Shown here: positions 46,412 through 56,517 of the stretch, in pieces
Layout of the letters: every line of letters begins with the position of its first letter
Numbering within the stretch: position 1 is the first letter of the stretch
Assembly (NCBI GenBank): GCA_011364925.1
Contig: RDOA01000003.1
Coordinates: 1 to 64,000, forward strand
Length of the DNA stretch: 64,000 bases
Source: Promethearchaeota archaeon
Lineage (GTDB): Archaea > Asgardarchaeota > Lokiarchaeia > Sigyniarchaeales > SOKP01
Direction of reading: 5' to 3'
Notes under the pieces: model-generated
The model's database searches: none
What the model was told of the DNA's origin: nothing
What the model saw: only the letters and a program-made list of their open reading frames with translations
Made by a program: the position numbers and the translations under genes

Positions 46412-46996
46412 ATGAATAAATTTCCAAGAGATAAATACGAAATTATAGATCTAATTTTTACATTCCTTTTTGCTATAAGTTTTACCTTAACAGCTCTCCT
46501 CCTTTTAGATAATTTGATAGTTTCTATAATTTATATCATTTTAGTTGGTCTTTTTTCGCTTGTAACCATATTTTTGTGGTTTGTACAGAATCCATTTAAT
46601 ATGTATTTAGTCAGAACATTTGCCTTTACCAACTTTTTATTCACATTTATAGCGATTATTGCTTACGTTTTACCACCAATTGAAGATGTAGTAAATCCAT
46701 ATATCTCAATTATTATGATATTGCTGCTTATCCCTTCAATTTTCTATCTCGCAATTACAACTAGGTTTGTAGCAACTTCAACCCTTAAGTATAAAAGAAC
46801 AGGGGCAGCGCTAGCTTTTATGGGAAGAATTAAAAATGTCGAGCAAGCTTTATATGGAGATACAGTAGAGAATAAAATAAGACGAGAAGAAGCAATGGCT
46901 AAAATCAAGAAAGCATACAACCAAAAAATCGTAATAGTGTTATGCATCGTTTTTGCTTTATGTAGTATTTCTGCACTAATTTTTGGATTTTATTAG
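46412..46996 (+). CDS. 5-TM membrane protein, paralog A
   Basis: Paralog of 47075 (EIIDLIFT, NPF, FAFTNFLF, GAALAF.G.IKN). Confidence 0.75.
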   Translation: MNKFPRDKYEIIDLIFTFLFAISFTLTALLLLDNLIVSIIYIILVGLFSLVTIFLWFVQNPFNMYLVRTFAFTNFLFTFIAIIAYVLPPIEDVVNPYISIIMILLLIPSIFYLAITTRFVATSTLKYKRTGAALAFMGRIKNVEQALYGDTVENKIRREEAMAKIKKAYNQKIVIVLCIVFALCSISALIFGFY

Positions 46997-47074
46997 GTTT
47001 GTAAATTGAGTAAATGAAATTTATATCTAATCTATATACGAATATTTATATGCCGAATTGTATCAGTATAGTGT

Positions 47075-47659
47075 ATGAACGATCTTCCTAGAAAGAAATC
47101 CGAAATTCTGGATTTAACATTTACAATTCTTTTCACAATAAGTATGGTGTTAAACGTTTTATTTCTTCGTTTGAATTTAATAATATCTACAACATCTGTC
47201 ATTATATTCTTTCTCTTATCCGCTCGGGTTATACTTTATTGGATAGCAAGGAATCCTTTTAAAACATTATTAATTAGATCGTTTGCTTATACTAATTTCT
47301 TGTTTAGTATTGTAGCACTCATAACTTTAACGAGGCCTTCTTTTTCCGATACTCCAGACTATTTTCCATTTGGTATTGTATTTCTCCTCTTTTTACCATC
47401 TGGGATTTATACCTTACTTGCGATTTTCTCTCATAGAAGCTCAAGCCCCTTGGATAAAATTGCAGGGGCTGAGTTAGCTTTTTATGGGAAAATTAAAAAT
47501 ATTGAAATCGCTTTGTTTGGAGATAGCTTAGAGGTTGAAAAGAAGAGAAAAGAAGCAATTACTCAATTGAAAACAGTCTACAGGTATAAATTGATTGTAA
47601 TATTAAGTGTTCTATTTCCGATAATCAGTTTTATAGCTCTTATCATTGGATTTTTGTAA
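47075..47659 (+). CDS. 5-TM membrane protein, paralog B
   Basis: Tandem paralog of 46412. Confidence 0.75.
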   Translation: MNDLPRKKSEILDLTFTILFTISMVLNVLFLRLNLIISTTSVIIFFLLSARVILYWIARNPFKTLLIRSFAYTNFLFSIVALITLTRPSFSDTPDYFPFGIVFLLFLPSGIYTLLAIFSHRSSSPLDKIAGAELAFYGKIKNIEIALFGDSLEVEKKRKEAITQLKTVYRYKLIVILSVLFPIISFIALIIGFL

Positions 47660-47746
47660 TGGAATTTAGCCTTCAAATTTTGATTTTTTCCTTTATATAC
47701 ATACCTTGGAGAATTGGTTATAGAACTAAAAAAATGTGATTATAGA

Positions 47747-48916
47747 GTGGAAATTAGTTTAAAAAAACCAGTTCACCAGGAAGTTGTAGTTTTTAACACA
47801 CGCAAGATCGCTGAGATTCAATTAGTGTTGACAGAAATTTTATACGTACCTAACGAAAAATTAAAACTTGTAGTCGTTTTAGAATTACTTGATTATTTAA
47901 AAGACAAGTTTTCAAAGCCAAACTATAAAATCGAATTCGTTTACACAAAAGAAGGAAATGTCATCACGGGTTTTGTAGTGTGTCAAATAGATACAGATTA
48001 CAGAAGTTACGGCATGAAATGTCCGAGTTTTGGGTGGCTTCACGCTAAGGATTTTCGCTCCTGTGAACTACTAATGAACGAGTGCGAAGATTTTGTAAGG
48101 AGGAATAAATTTCGAAAAATTCGAGGTCCAATCAATTTTCCAAAAAAAATAGGGGGAATTGGATTTCAAACTGAAGGTTTTGAGGCTCCTATGCTTAGTG
48201 GAGTCGCGTTCAACGAGCCAAGTTCGAGAATCTTGGAGTACTTAGAGGAGTTGGGTTATAAAAAGGACTCAAAATATAGCTGTGTGGAAGTAATCCAAAC
48301 GAATTGGAAGAAGGGGTACGCACTAGATAAGAATCTAATAATGCGATTTCTGCCTTTGAATGAAATCAGAAAATTACGCTCTGAAATATTATCTCTTGCT
48401 CAACATTCCTTTCACTCGGTTTTAGCAGATGCTCTAGGAGGTCACTCTCGTTTCGAAGAGTTCATGGATTCGTATAAGCATCTTTATGGAGAAGGGGCTG
48501 AAATTAAAAAAGAATTGGATCAAAGCTCTTATTCGTCAATACCTGAGTTCATCGAGATGTGGGAATCAATAGATTTCAATAGTATCGTTCCTTGTTGTGA
48601 TATGGCTTTCGATCGAACCACGGGTGAACTTGTGGGAATAATAATGGCCTTTCCCAACTTATTCCAGTTATGGAGTAGGGAACCACTCACCCAATTAAAT
48701 ATCGATACGGTGATTATCAAAAAAGAGTACGCGGGACGCGGTATATTTTCTTCTCTGGGCAATGTAGGGCAATTAACATGTAAATTATACGGTCTTGATT
48801 ACCTTGAAGGTACAACCATTTGGGCAAACAACGATCGCGCCGTAAAAACCATTTTTCCTCATTGTAAACCAGTTAGAACGCATTATGTTGTTCAGAAGCG
48901 GATTTTAAGAAAATAA
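47747..48916 (+). CDS. tandem GNAT-family protein
   Basis: FGWL...IRGPINF...LEELGYKK; KEYAGRGIFS...GTTIWANN. GTG 47747 lies 55 nt after the TTTTCC+TATA motif at 47686-47698. Confidence 0.75.
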   Translation: MEISLKKPVHQEVVVFNTRKIAEIQLVLTEILYVPNEKLKLVVVLELLDYLKDKFSKPNYKIEFVYTKEGNVITGFVVCQIDTDYRSYGMKCPSFGWLHAKDFRSCELLMNECEDFVRRNKFRKIRGPINFPKKIGGIGFQTEGFEAPMLSGVAFNEPSSRILEYLEELGYKKDSKYSCVEVIQTNWKKGYALDKNLIMRFLPLNEIRKLRSEILSLAQHSFHSVLADALGGHSRFEEFMDSYKHLYGEGAEIKKELDQSSYSSIPEFIEMWESIDFNSIVPCCDMAFDRTTGELVGIIMAFPNLFQLWSREPLTQLNIDTVIIKKEYAGRGIFSSLGNVGQLTCKLYGLDYLEGTTIWANNDRAVKTIFPHCKPVRTHYVVQKRILRK

Positions 48917-49032
48917 TTTTTCCTTTTTTTATTTTTACTGGGCTGTAAAGTCGATTTTTGCTATACTTTTTATATTTATTCACTATTATTAATGTAAATA
49001 TTATTTTTTCGATAAAATAAGGATGATTTGAT

Positions 49033-49497
49033 ATGGAGAAATTTAATTTAGAACTTATTAAAAAATACTTCTGGCTGATAAATTTAGTCACAGGGTTATT
49101 GGGAGTTGTTTCGGCGTTCATTCCATCTTGGGGTGGTACAGAGGGAGCAAATCTGATAAGTGTGTGGTACTGGGGATTTTATTACTTGGAAGGATTTCAT
49201 GATCTTGAGGAGCCGGCAATAACAGCTACTGGAGTAGTAGTAGCAATTATGTTATTGGTAGGAGCAGCCTTAATCCTCTATTCCGCAATATCGGCTAAAA
49301 GAAAGGAAGAACCTAAAAAATTATTTACCTTAATAGGCGGAATCCTCTATCTTGTAGCACCAAGTTTGTTTATGATTACCATGGCAGGTCTTATGGATAC
49401 CTTTTGGGTCGAATACTTTGCTAGTGTTGGTTTGATTTTTCCCTATATTGCCGGTGTGATCACAATATTTAGTTGGTTTTCGCTAAGACGGAATTAA
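49033..49497 (+). CDS. 4-TM membrane protein
   Basis: Four hydrophobic helices. Confidence 0.75.
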   Translation: MEKFNLELIKKYFWLINLVTGLLGVVSAFIPSWGGTEGANLISVWYWGFYYLEGFHDLEEPAITATGVVVAIMLLVGAALILYSAISAKRKEEPKKLFTLIGGILYLVAPSLFMITMAGLMDTFWVEYFASVGLIFPYIAGVITIFSWFSLRRN

Positions 49498-49634
49498 TTT
49501 CGAAATTAATTCTTTTTTTTTTGTTTACACATCCGCTTTCTACAAACTTGTAAAACCTTAAATATCTCCGAATAACTTTAATAATTACTAGAAAATCTAA
49601 TCGTAAAAATTAAAAAAACAAAGAGGAAATAATC

Positions 49635-49958
49635 ATGCCATATATTATTGTATATATTACGTACCCTTCTGATATAAATGATGAGGTAAGGGATAAGTTT
49701 TTTGAGGTAGTAAAAGAATTTCCTTTCGAAAAGGAGCTTGGAAAAGAGACGATTCAAGTCGCTTCAAATACTAATGCTCACGGTGTAGAAGTAGTAAGCG
49801 TTGTGGATGTAAAACAAGGGAAATTAGAAGAAGCCTGGAAATGGGCTCGTAATAGAATGAGACCCTTCCAGAGTATTAAGGGTTTAGAGTACGATCTGAG
49901 GCTCTGGAACACGCTAGCTGAAGCTTTAGAAGGAACTGGGCGTTCTCCCCCAGAGTAA
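49635..49958 (+). CDS. hypothetical protein, possibly a ferredoxin-like fold
   Basis: 107 aa with GAGGA RBS. Confidence 0.7.
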   Translation: MPYIIVYITYPSDINDEVRDKFFEVVKEFPFEKELGKETIQVASNTNAHGVEVVSVVDVKQGKLEEAWKWARNRMRPFQSIKGLEYDLRLWNTLAEALEGTGRSPPE

Positions 49959-49987
49959 ACTATCCAAAATTATTTTTAACTTTTTTT

Positions 49988-50530
49988 TTAACTTCTAGTT
50001 CTTAAACCGATAATTCGACGAGTTAATGCATTAACAGCATCTTCGACCACCTTAATATCATCTGGACTGGCTTCTACATACAACCCGCCTTCCCTTTCGG
50101 CAAAAGCTCTTGCTTCTTCTCGATCAATGACTTCTCCTACATCTTCGAGGAGATCTGCTTTATTACCAATTAAAACAAACGGAATGTTTTCATTACTGAA
50201 CTCTCGAACTTCAGTGAGCCATTTCCTTGTTTCTAGATAATTCTGCTCCCGAGTTAGGTCGAAAACCAATAAGGCACCAGCCGCACCTTTATAAAAAGTT
50301 GATCTTATGAACTCAAACTTTTGTTGCCCTCCAATATCCCATATTGAAAGCGTTGCAACCTCTCCGGGTATAAACTCCACATCTTTGGTGAGGATGTCTA
50401 CTCCGACCGTTAACTTGTAATTCGCAGCAAATCGGTTTTTGATAATTCTTTGAATTACCCGATTATTAGCTAAATTCCTTCCAATCAGCAATATTTTCAA
50501 TTTAAAACTCGACATTATTTGCTTCGACAA
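49988..50530 (-). CDS. Rab-like small GTPase with a degenerate P-loop
   Basis: G2 TVGVD, G3 WDIGGQ, FYKGAAGALLVFD, G4 NKAD, G5 EAS; G1 reads IGRNLANNR. Confidence 0.88.
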   Translation of the reverse strand: MSKQIMSSFKLKILLIGRNLANNRVIQRIIKNRFAANYKLTVGVDILTKDVEFIPGEVATLSIWDIGGQQKFEFIRSTFYKGAAGALLVFDLTREQNYLETRKWLTEVREFSNENIPFVLIGNKADLLEDVGEVIDREEARAFAEREGGLYVEASPDDIKVVEDAVNALTRRIIGLRTRS

Positions 50531-50644
50531 AACCCATGTTGTTATAAGAAAATCTAGACTTATAAATAGATTCCATATATGGATTATCAGTTTGAAATTT
50601 TTCCTTTAAATTATGATGAATATTTTGAGTTATAACTAAATTAG

Positions 50645-52351
50645 ATGATAATTAATTCGAGTTTAAAAAGAATGACACTAGCGTTAGTCAAAGTATCGTG
50701 TATTAACGATCGCCTAATCCCTTTAGGTTTGGCGTGTTTACAGGCGTATTTGAAGCAACAGACACAACCAGTTCGCGTTTTTAACTTCAGGACTTCGAAT
50801 TACACTTTGCCAAAAGTGATGTTCGATCCTCTCATTCAATTAGATTTAACAGATTTCATTATGAACCATCAAGACTTTCCAATAATGATTCCCCTCGTGG
50901 ACGATCTCCTTCGAAATCTTCGACCTAACTTTGAGGAAGGCGTATATCCTGAGATCGTGAAAGATTATTCTAAGAGGATGTTCGAAGCTCCGGAAACGAC
51001 CATAAAGCGTTTTGAAGCGATGATGAAGTATTGTAAGAGTACTGTTCTAGAAGAATTAAAAGAATATGATATAATTGCATTTTCGGTGAATTACCTTAAC
51101 ATTTTGGAAACAGTGATTTCTTCTTGCTTCTTAAAGCAACATAATCCAGACTGTATAATCGTTTGGGGCGGACCCTCCATCACTCAATCCTTTGAAGCGT
51201 ACAAGCTTTTTTTGAGGAGAAGAATATGTAATGGCCTTGTAATTGGAGAAGGAGAAAATCCGTTATTAGAAATTGCAAAAGGAACGGAGTTAACCAAAAT
51301 AAAGGGCGTAATGACCTTAGATCACCAACAAAATTATAGTTATTCACCTGGAATTCAACTTGATTTAGATACACTTCCTACTCCCGATTACACCGATATC
51401 CCATTAGATACCTATTATCAAATTGCTTCAACCTATAGATCGCGTGGGTGTACAAATAGGTGTCAATTTTGTGCCGAGTGGAAGCTCTTCGGTCCGCGTT
51501 TTAGAATTCGGTCAGTAGAAAAAGTAGTCCAAGATATAGAGATCATCGTGCGAACATTTAAACCGAGGTTCATGTTGTTTGGAGAGTCGTTAATCAACGA
51601 TAATCTCGAATATTTTGAGCAACTTTGCGATCAACTTATAGAAAAGCACTTAAATATCAAGTTTGGAACTCATTTTCGAGCCAACATTACTCCGAGCCTC
51701 GCTAGAAAGGCAAAATTAGCGGGATTTGAGGACGCGTGGGTGGGACTCGAAGCGTTCTCAGATTCGGAACTTAAAGAAATGAATAAAGGAACCAGCGTTA
51801 ACCATAACATGGAAACCATTGAAAACCTAACTCAGGCGGGTGTAAACGTGCTCGCGATGCTTGTTGTAGGTTATAGCGATTACGAGAACGAGATAGCCAA
51901 CTGTAACAATGTGATCCGAACGATAGAACACTTCTCTAAACAATATTACGTTGATCTGAAGGGAATTGAGCGTCCGCTTCCGATTCAATTTCGTCCAGCA
52001 CCAATGTATATCGTCCCTGGTTCATTTGATTACCAAGCGAAAAAAGGTACCGCGACATTTCCGTGGATATGTGCTTTTAAGAGTCAGAAGAACACACAAC
52101 AGATTACTGAATTAGAAAAAGAGTTAAGTGATATACCTTATTCGTTTGACCGTCCGATATCTAAGGACCAAATAGTAAGTTTTATGGCGCAAATTCAAGA
52201 CGCTGATAGAAATGCCGGTTTTATGATTGGTGGCGTTATGAAATATGCGATCGAATACACTATGGAAATGAGGAGAAAGAACCGTCAGAATCGAAAAACT
52301 GAAAGAATAGGAATATCAGCTCAGAGATTCGAAGCGAAAGTCAAACATTAA
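50645..52351 (+). CDS. B12-binding-domain radical SAM enzyme
   Basis: PLGLACL, VWGGP, GEGE, SRGCTNRCQFC, VGLEAFS..L..MNKG; TTTTCC+TATA motif at 50599-50611. Confidence 0.88.
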   Translation: MIINSSLKRMTLALVKVSCINDRLIPLGLACLQAYLKQQTQPVRVFNFRTSNYTLPKVMFDPLIQLDLTDFIMNHQDFPIMIPLVDDLLRNLRPNFEEGVYPEIVKDYSKRMFEAPETTIKRFEAMMKYCKSTVLEELKEYDIIAFSVNYLNILETVISSCFLKQHNPDCIIVWGGPSITQSFEAYKLFLRRRICNGLVIGEGENPLLEIAKGTELTKIKGVMTLDHQQNYSYSPGIQLDLDTLPTPDYTDIPLDTYYQIASTYRSRGCTNRCQFCAEWKLFGPRFRIRSVEKVVQDIEIIVRTFKPRFMLFGESLINDNLEYFEQLCDQLIEKHLNIKFGTHFRANITPSLARKAKLAGFEDAWVGLEAFSDSELKEMNKGTSVNHNMETIENLTQAGVNVLAMLVVGYSDYENEIANCNNVIRTIEHFSKQYYVDLKGIERPLPIQFRPAPMYIVPGSFDYQAKKGTATFPWICAFKSQKNTQQITELEKELSDIPYSFDRPISKDQIVSFMAQIQDADRNAGFMIGGVMKYAIEYTMEMRRKNRQNRKTERIGISAQRFEAKVKH

Positions 52352-52421
52352 TATTGTTTATTCTAAACACCGTACTAAAAATTTAAATAAGAAGCATTCA
52401 ATTTCAAACTTGGTTACAAAA

Positions 52422-52820
52422 ATGTCGAATCCAACAAAAGAAGATGCAGCATTATTACTTCAATTAATGTCGTATTTTGCTGCGAATGAAAAAAATAGTC
52501 TAGCCTCCGACTGGGTTTACGAAAAATTTAGCGAAAAGAGCTATGATGATTTCAAAACCAAGTATCCGCCTGGGAGTGAAGGATATAAAAACGTAATGCG
52601 AGTAGCTAGTAATGGGGAGCTTATCGGCATGCTCGTTAACAAAGATCTTCTCAGTGAAGATCTAGTCTTTGATTTAATGGGAGCTTTGCTTTGGGAAAAA
52701 TTAGGACCTATTGTTCATGGTATCCGAAAGGACGCAAATATGTCTAGACTTTTCGAAAATTATGAAGTTTGTGCCAAGAAATATCAAGCATGGGCAGATC
52801 AAAATCCTCCTAAAGTTTAG
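52422..52820 (+). CDS. DUF4760-like hypothetical protein
   Basis: PTKEDA.LLLQL...YPPGSEG...ELIGMLV...LFENYE. Confidence 0.6.
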   Translation: MSNPTKEDAALLLQLMSYFAANEKNSLASDWVYEKFSEKSYDDFKTKYPPGSEGYKNVMRVASNGELIGMLVNKDLLSEDLVFDLMGALLWEKLGPIVHGIRKDANMSRLFENYEVCAKKYQAWADQNPPKV

Positions 52821-52998
52821 AAAATTAAAATTTTTTACAATTTTTTTTTTAATTGAAAACTATTCTAATTCAACTTAAATAAACGCTAAATTTTCTTTAT
52901 AAGATTGAAAATGTTTATTCTTTCGTTTAATGAATTAATTAAATTTATTAACTGCTATTTTTTTTCAATTATAAAAATGAAGTAGTTGATTTTGCTCT

Positions 52999-53259
52999 AT
53001 GGATCAAATTACTGGTATACTTTCAGCAGAAGTAGTTGGAAAAGGTACTAAATCTGAAGGCCCAAAGTATTTTCTACAACCGTTAGACGATTACGCTACT
53101 AAATGGTCTAAAATACTAGTGAGAAAGCAAGCTCATTTATGGGAAAACGATCGAGTCCTTCACCATTATGTAGGTAAAAAAGTGGTGATTTTAGGCAAGA
53201 TCACTGAAACTAAAAGCACTATAACAGTAGATTATGAGTTCGTGGAAGAAGTAGATTGA
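52999..53259 (+). CDS. small beta-barrel (OB-like) protein
   Basis: GKGTKSEGP...VGKKVVILG. Confidence 0.65.
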   Translation: MDQITGILSAEVVGKGTKSEGPKYFLQPLDDYATKWSKILVRKQAHLWENDRVLHHYVGKKVVILGKITETKSTITVDYEFVEEVD

Positions 53260-53264
53260 GGAAG

Positions 53265-53489
53265 TTATACTTTCATTTTTTCAGTTTTAAGGTACTTGCA
53301 GAAATAATCGTCTTTACGAGCATCGTTTTGTTTAGATTTTCGTTCCCGCAGCACTTCGTTTATCAATTCTACGCTACCTCTTTTTAAAAACATTCGAATA
53401 AATTTTAATTCGTTTACACTGATATTGAGCGTTTGTAAGAATTCGGGATGACGATACTGCCCCCAATCTAAATTACGAATCTTTCTCAT
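53265..53489 (-). CDS. 74-aa hypothetical protein
   Basis: ATG 53489 follows GAGGT and has an ATGA overlap with the upstream ORF. Confidence 0.65.
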   Translation of the reverse strand: MRKIRNLDWGQYRHPEFLQTLNISVNELKFIRMFLKRGSVELINEVLRERKSKQNDARKDDYFCKYLKTEKMKV

Positions 53490-53641
53490 GGCGGTAACCT
53501 CTTTTTTATGTATGATCGCATCACAATGTCCCAATATTCAGGACTATAACATCCAGCATCGATTGTGTTCTCAAACGAGTGAAAGTCGCGTTTAAAATCA
53601 TCCCCCTTGATTGGTTCTCTTCCTAATTTAAACTTATAAAT
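53486..53641 (-). CDS. 51-aa protein with a probable ATT start
   Basis: (M)YKFKLGREPIKGDDFKRDFHSFENTIDAGCYSPEYWDIVMRSYIKKRLPP*. GGTG lies 7 nt upstream, the promoter motif 54 nt upstream, and the stop overlaps the next ATG. Confidence 0.5.
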   Translation of the reverse strand: MYKFKLGREPIKGDDFKRDFHSFENTIDAGCYSPEYWDIVMRSYIKKRLPP

Positions 53642-53804
53642 TTTAACGCACCATTGACTTGTTTATACTTTCTAAATACCCCTAAACTATTTAAAGGAAA
53701 ATTTGAAAATCGACTATTAGAACAATTTTGACAAAATTTTTTTTTAAATAAAAATAAATCTTTAATTCCTCAATATAATCAAATTTAGTTATCTGAAACC
53801 AATA

Positions 53805-54149
53805 ATGACATGCGAATTTTGCGGTATTTCGCTTAAAGGATCTAGAAAGAAAACTGTCGAGCACATTAACATATCGCAACCACATCAAACTCATCATTTC
53901 TGCTCGTTATCTTGTAAAGATAGATGGTGTTTACAGCTTCAGAGATACAAAGCTCGACTTATAGTTATTTGGTCAATAGGTTCTTATGCAGGAAGGTATT
54001 TTTTCGTGAAGAAACTAATGAAAGTTCGAAGTCCATCTTTGTTAAGCTTAGCAACGAATAGATCTTATTTTAAACCTAAGCTTCAAGAGATTGAATTATT
54101 ACAATTAGTAAATTTACATGATAGAAAGGTATTGAAGGTAAGGGACTGA
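53805..54149 (+). CDS. TRASH/YHS-like metal-binding protein
   Basis: CEFC...HHFCSLSC. Confidence 0.65.
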   Translation: MTCEFCGISLKGSRKKTVEHINISQPHQTHHFCSLSCKDRWCLQLQRYKARLIVIWSIGSYAGRYFFVKKLMKVRSPSLLSLATNRSYFKPKLQEIELLQLVNLHDRKVLKVRD

Positions 54150-54165
54150 AAGTAAAGAGGATTTT

Positions 54166-54456
54166 TTACTTTCGCGGTTCAATATGCTCAAGAGAAGTAA
54201 GATGACTCATCGAATAATCGTGATATCCGTCATTAGCAGGCGATTTAATACCTTCTGCCCGGATGTAGTGCCCAACGCGTGGTAAAAAACCGTAGGTATT
54301 AATTTTGGAAGAATTCACCAGCACAGAATACATCTCCGTTCCTACTCGAACAGTTAACGACATGTATCCATAAGTATAGCTACGAGAAATTCTTCTTTCG
54401 CCACCCCTAACTTCTACTATTCTTCCTTCGATGGTACTTCTTCCTTTATGAGACAT
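54166..54456 (-). CDS. small basic OB-fold-like protein
   Basis: IEGRIVEV...SLTVRVG...PRVGHYIRAEG. Confidence 0.65.
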   Translation of the reverse strand: MSHKGRSTIEGRIVEVRGGERRISRSYTYGYMSLTVRVGTEMYSVLVNSSKINTYGFLPRVGHYIRAEGIKSPANDGYHDYSMSHLTSLEHIEPRK

Positions 54457-54587
54457 TAATTAATTCACATCAATTTGAAAACTTAATAACAAACAAGAAA
54501 GAAATACTTTTGTTTCATAGTTTAATTGATCATTAGTAGGAACTCCTGAGCATTTCTTGCTTATAGACAGAAAGAAGAAACTGAAAT

Positions 54588-54608
54588 TGGATTTTCAATC
54601 AAAATCCA
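54588..54608 (-). terminator. hairpin after the TPR gene
   Basis: TGGATTTT-caatc-AAAATCCA. Confidence 0.4.
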
Positions 54609-54629
54609 GTGAAAATTTCAAGATCTTTC

Positions 54630-55034
54630 TTAAAAAAAAGGTCCAAACTTTTCGTAAACGCGAATGAGATTATCGCGGTAGAATTGAATCTTTTCATCAA
54701 GTGGATTTAATTCAACCGCAGTTTTCATTACTTCTTGTGCTTTCTGGAGATCTCCTTTGTCCATATAAGTTAATGTGAGTAACCCCCAAGCTTCTATCAT
54801 AGCGTTGTCTAATTCCGTAGCGGTTTCAAAACTACTAATGGCGATATCTAATTTTCCCATGCGGCGATTTACAATACCTAAATAGAGCCAAGCGTTTTCG
54901 TTTGTAGGATCCTTATCTAATAAGTCGTTTACAGCAGCTAACGCTTTATGGTTTTCCTTATCTGCTAAGAATTTATTGATCTGTTCAATGGCTTGCTTGT
55001 TTTTAATTTCGTCGAGTTCCAAGATATGCTTCAC
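54630..55034 (-). CDS. TPR protein
   Basis: DPTNENAWLYLG...AISSF...EAWGLL...AVELNP. Confidence 0.85.
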   Translation of the reverse strand: MKHILELDEIKNKQAIEQINKFLADKENHKALAAVNDLLDKDPTNENAWLYLGIVNRRMGKLDIAISSFETATELDNAMIEAWGLLTLTYMDKGDLQKAQEVMKTAVELNPLDEKIQFYRDNLIRVYEKFGPFF

Positions 55035-55161
55035 AAATAATTTTTTCCTAATTATAACTTACCCACACTTATTTAAATAGATATAACATACCCTTTTAAA
55101 AAAAAAGAATACGATAGGTATATCACATAGTAAGAAAGATAAAAAGGAGATTAAATTTCCT

Positions 55162-55413
55162 TTAAAATAACGCAGGATGCTTTTTCTCAATGTTATTTAA
55201 GGTAGATACGAGATCGTAAAGGAGTTTTTCGTCTTGGCATTGATTAATTGACTCAGACAATTTATTTAGGAGCGCATTAGCAAGGTTTTTTTCGTATTCC
55301 GTAGGCCGATTTGTTGTTTGCTTAAAAATTTCATCGAACTCTGCTTCAAACCACCGTAACTGTTCCTGGAATTCCTCCTTTTGAAGGTTTTCACTATTGT
55401 AGTTTAGAAACAT
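55162..55413 (-). CDS. hypothetical helical protein
   Basis: ATG 55413 follows GAGGAG; the longer track ORF is probably over-extended. Confidence 0.65.
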   Translation of the reverse strand: MFLNYNSENLQKEEFQEQLRWFEAEFDEIFKQTTNRPTEYEKNLANALLNKLSESINQCQDEKLLYDLVSTLNNIEKKHPALF

Positions 55414-56013
55414 ATGTCTCCTCAACTCACTTTTTTTATAAATTATTGAGCTAAAATAATAGTTATATAACTTATTTAAAAACTTAAGCAAGTCTGCGGG
55501 TTTTCTAATATTTCCTACGACAAACGGGAAAACGAATCGTATCATATTACACTGAAATACGTCGGATCAGACAATTCCAATTATTTAACGATTAGAGCGC
55601 TTGTTCTTAAATTTAACGGGAATAATACTATGAAAGTATTTTTGTCGGGATTCTAAAAAAAAGGAAAAAAAGTAGGTATTGTCGAAATCATATAACCAGT
55701 AAGACACCTATAATACTAATAGTTAAGATTAAAAAGAGATTACCGAAATTTACTGCGATTACGAAAACAACGAATTGGAGAATAAGGGTAAATTGAATAA
55801 CCACTCCTATCTCTTTCACGTAGCACCTATTGGCTAATAAAATCCTAACAACCATGTTGACAACAAATGACAACCGTTATTAACTGTCAAGGAAAAAATT
55901 CTCTTTATTTGTAGCTTCTATCTCTATTACATTAGCTTTATTATATGCATGATTCCTATTGTGGTAAGATTTAAATAGAGAACTAACAAAAATGTATAAT
56001 AGAGGTCGTAATC

Positions 56014-56517
56014 ATGATCGAAAAAGAACCATTTTCTGAGAAGCAAGCTGACGAAAAACTCAGAAGCGAAATTAAGGAAGAAATAAAACGGGAAATGCGA
56101 GAAGAGCAAAGAGTAAAATCAGGGAAATCGAGAAAAACAGCGGGTGTAATTATAAGCGGCGTTGGTGCGATATTATATCTTATTTTTGGATTCTTTCTTT
56201 TAATATTAGGTTCAGGAATGGGAATTATGCGCAACATCGCTATTATGATGTTAATTGCAGGAGGAATTTCAATCACAGGAGTAATAGTAGCAATGTATAA
56301 AGTAAAAATAGGCGGTATAATCACTTTAATCTCAATACCGATCGCTATCGTTATTGGAATAATCTTACAGTTCACGGAACTTCATTACTATTATTATTAT
56401 TACTGGTTATATCTCCTTGAATATATGTTGGCGTATACACCGTATGCATATTTACACGTCATACCTGGTGGAATTATATGTTTAACTGCTAATGACATGG
56501 AAGAAATTAGCCGGTAA
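56014..56517 (+). CDS. 4-TM Tyr-rich membrane protein, array copy 1
   Basis: EIKEEIK helix, KTAG.IISGVGA, KVKIGGII, LHVIPGGIICL. Confidence 0.8.
   Translation: MIEKEPFSEKQADEKLRSEIKEEIKREMREEQRVKSGKSRKTAGVIISGVGAILYLIFGFFLLILGSGMGIMRNIAIMMLIAGGISITGVIVAMYKVKIGGIITLISIPIAIVIGIILQFTELHYYYYYYWLYLLEYMLAYTPYAYLHVIPGGIICLTANDMEEISR

Noticed and set aside
48915-48930. TTTTTCCTTTTTTT (also ~57983) as the promoter motif
   Set aside because: It lies directly after a stop codon and lacks TATA, so it is better read as a U-rich terminator.
55688-55873. 61-aa hydrophobic ORF
   Set aside because: It has no clear RBS, promoter or motif, so I cannot support it.
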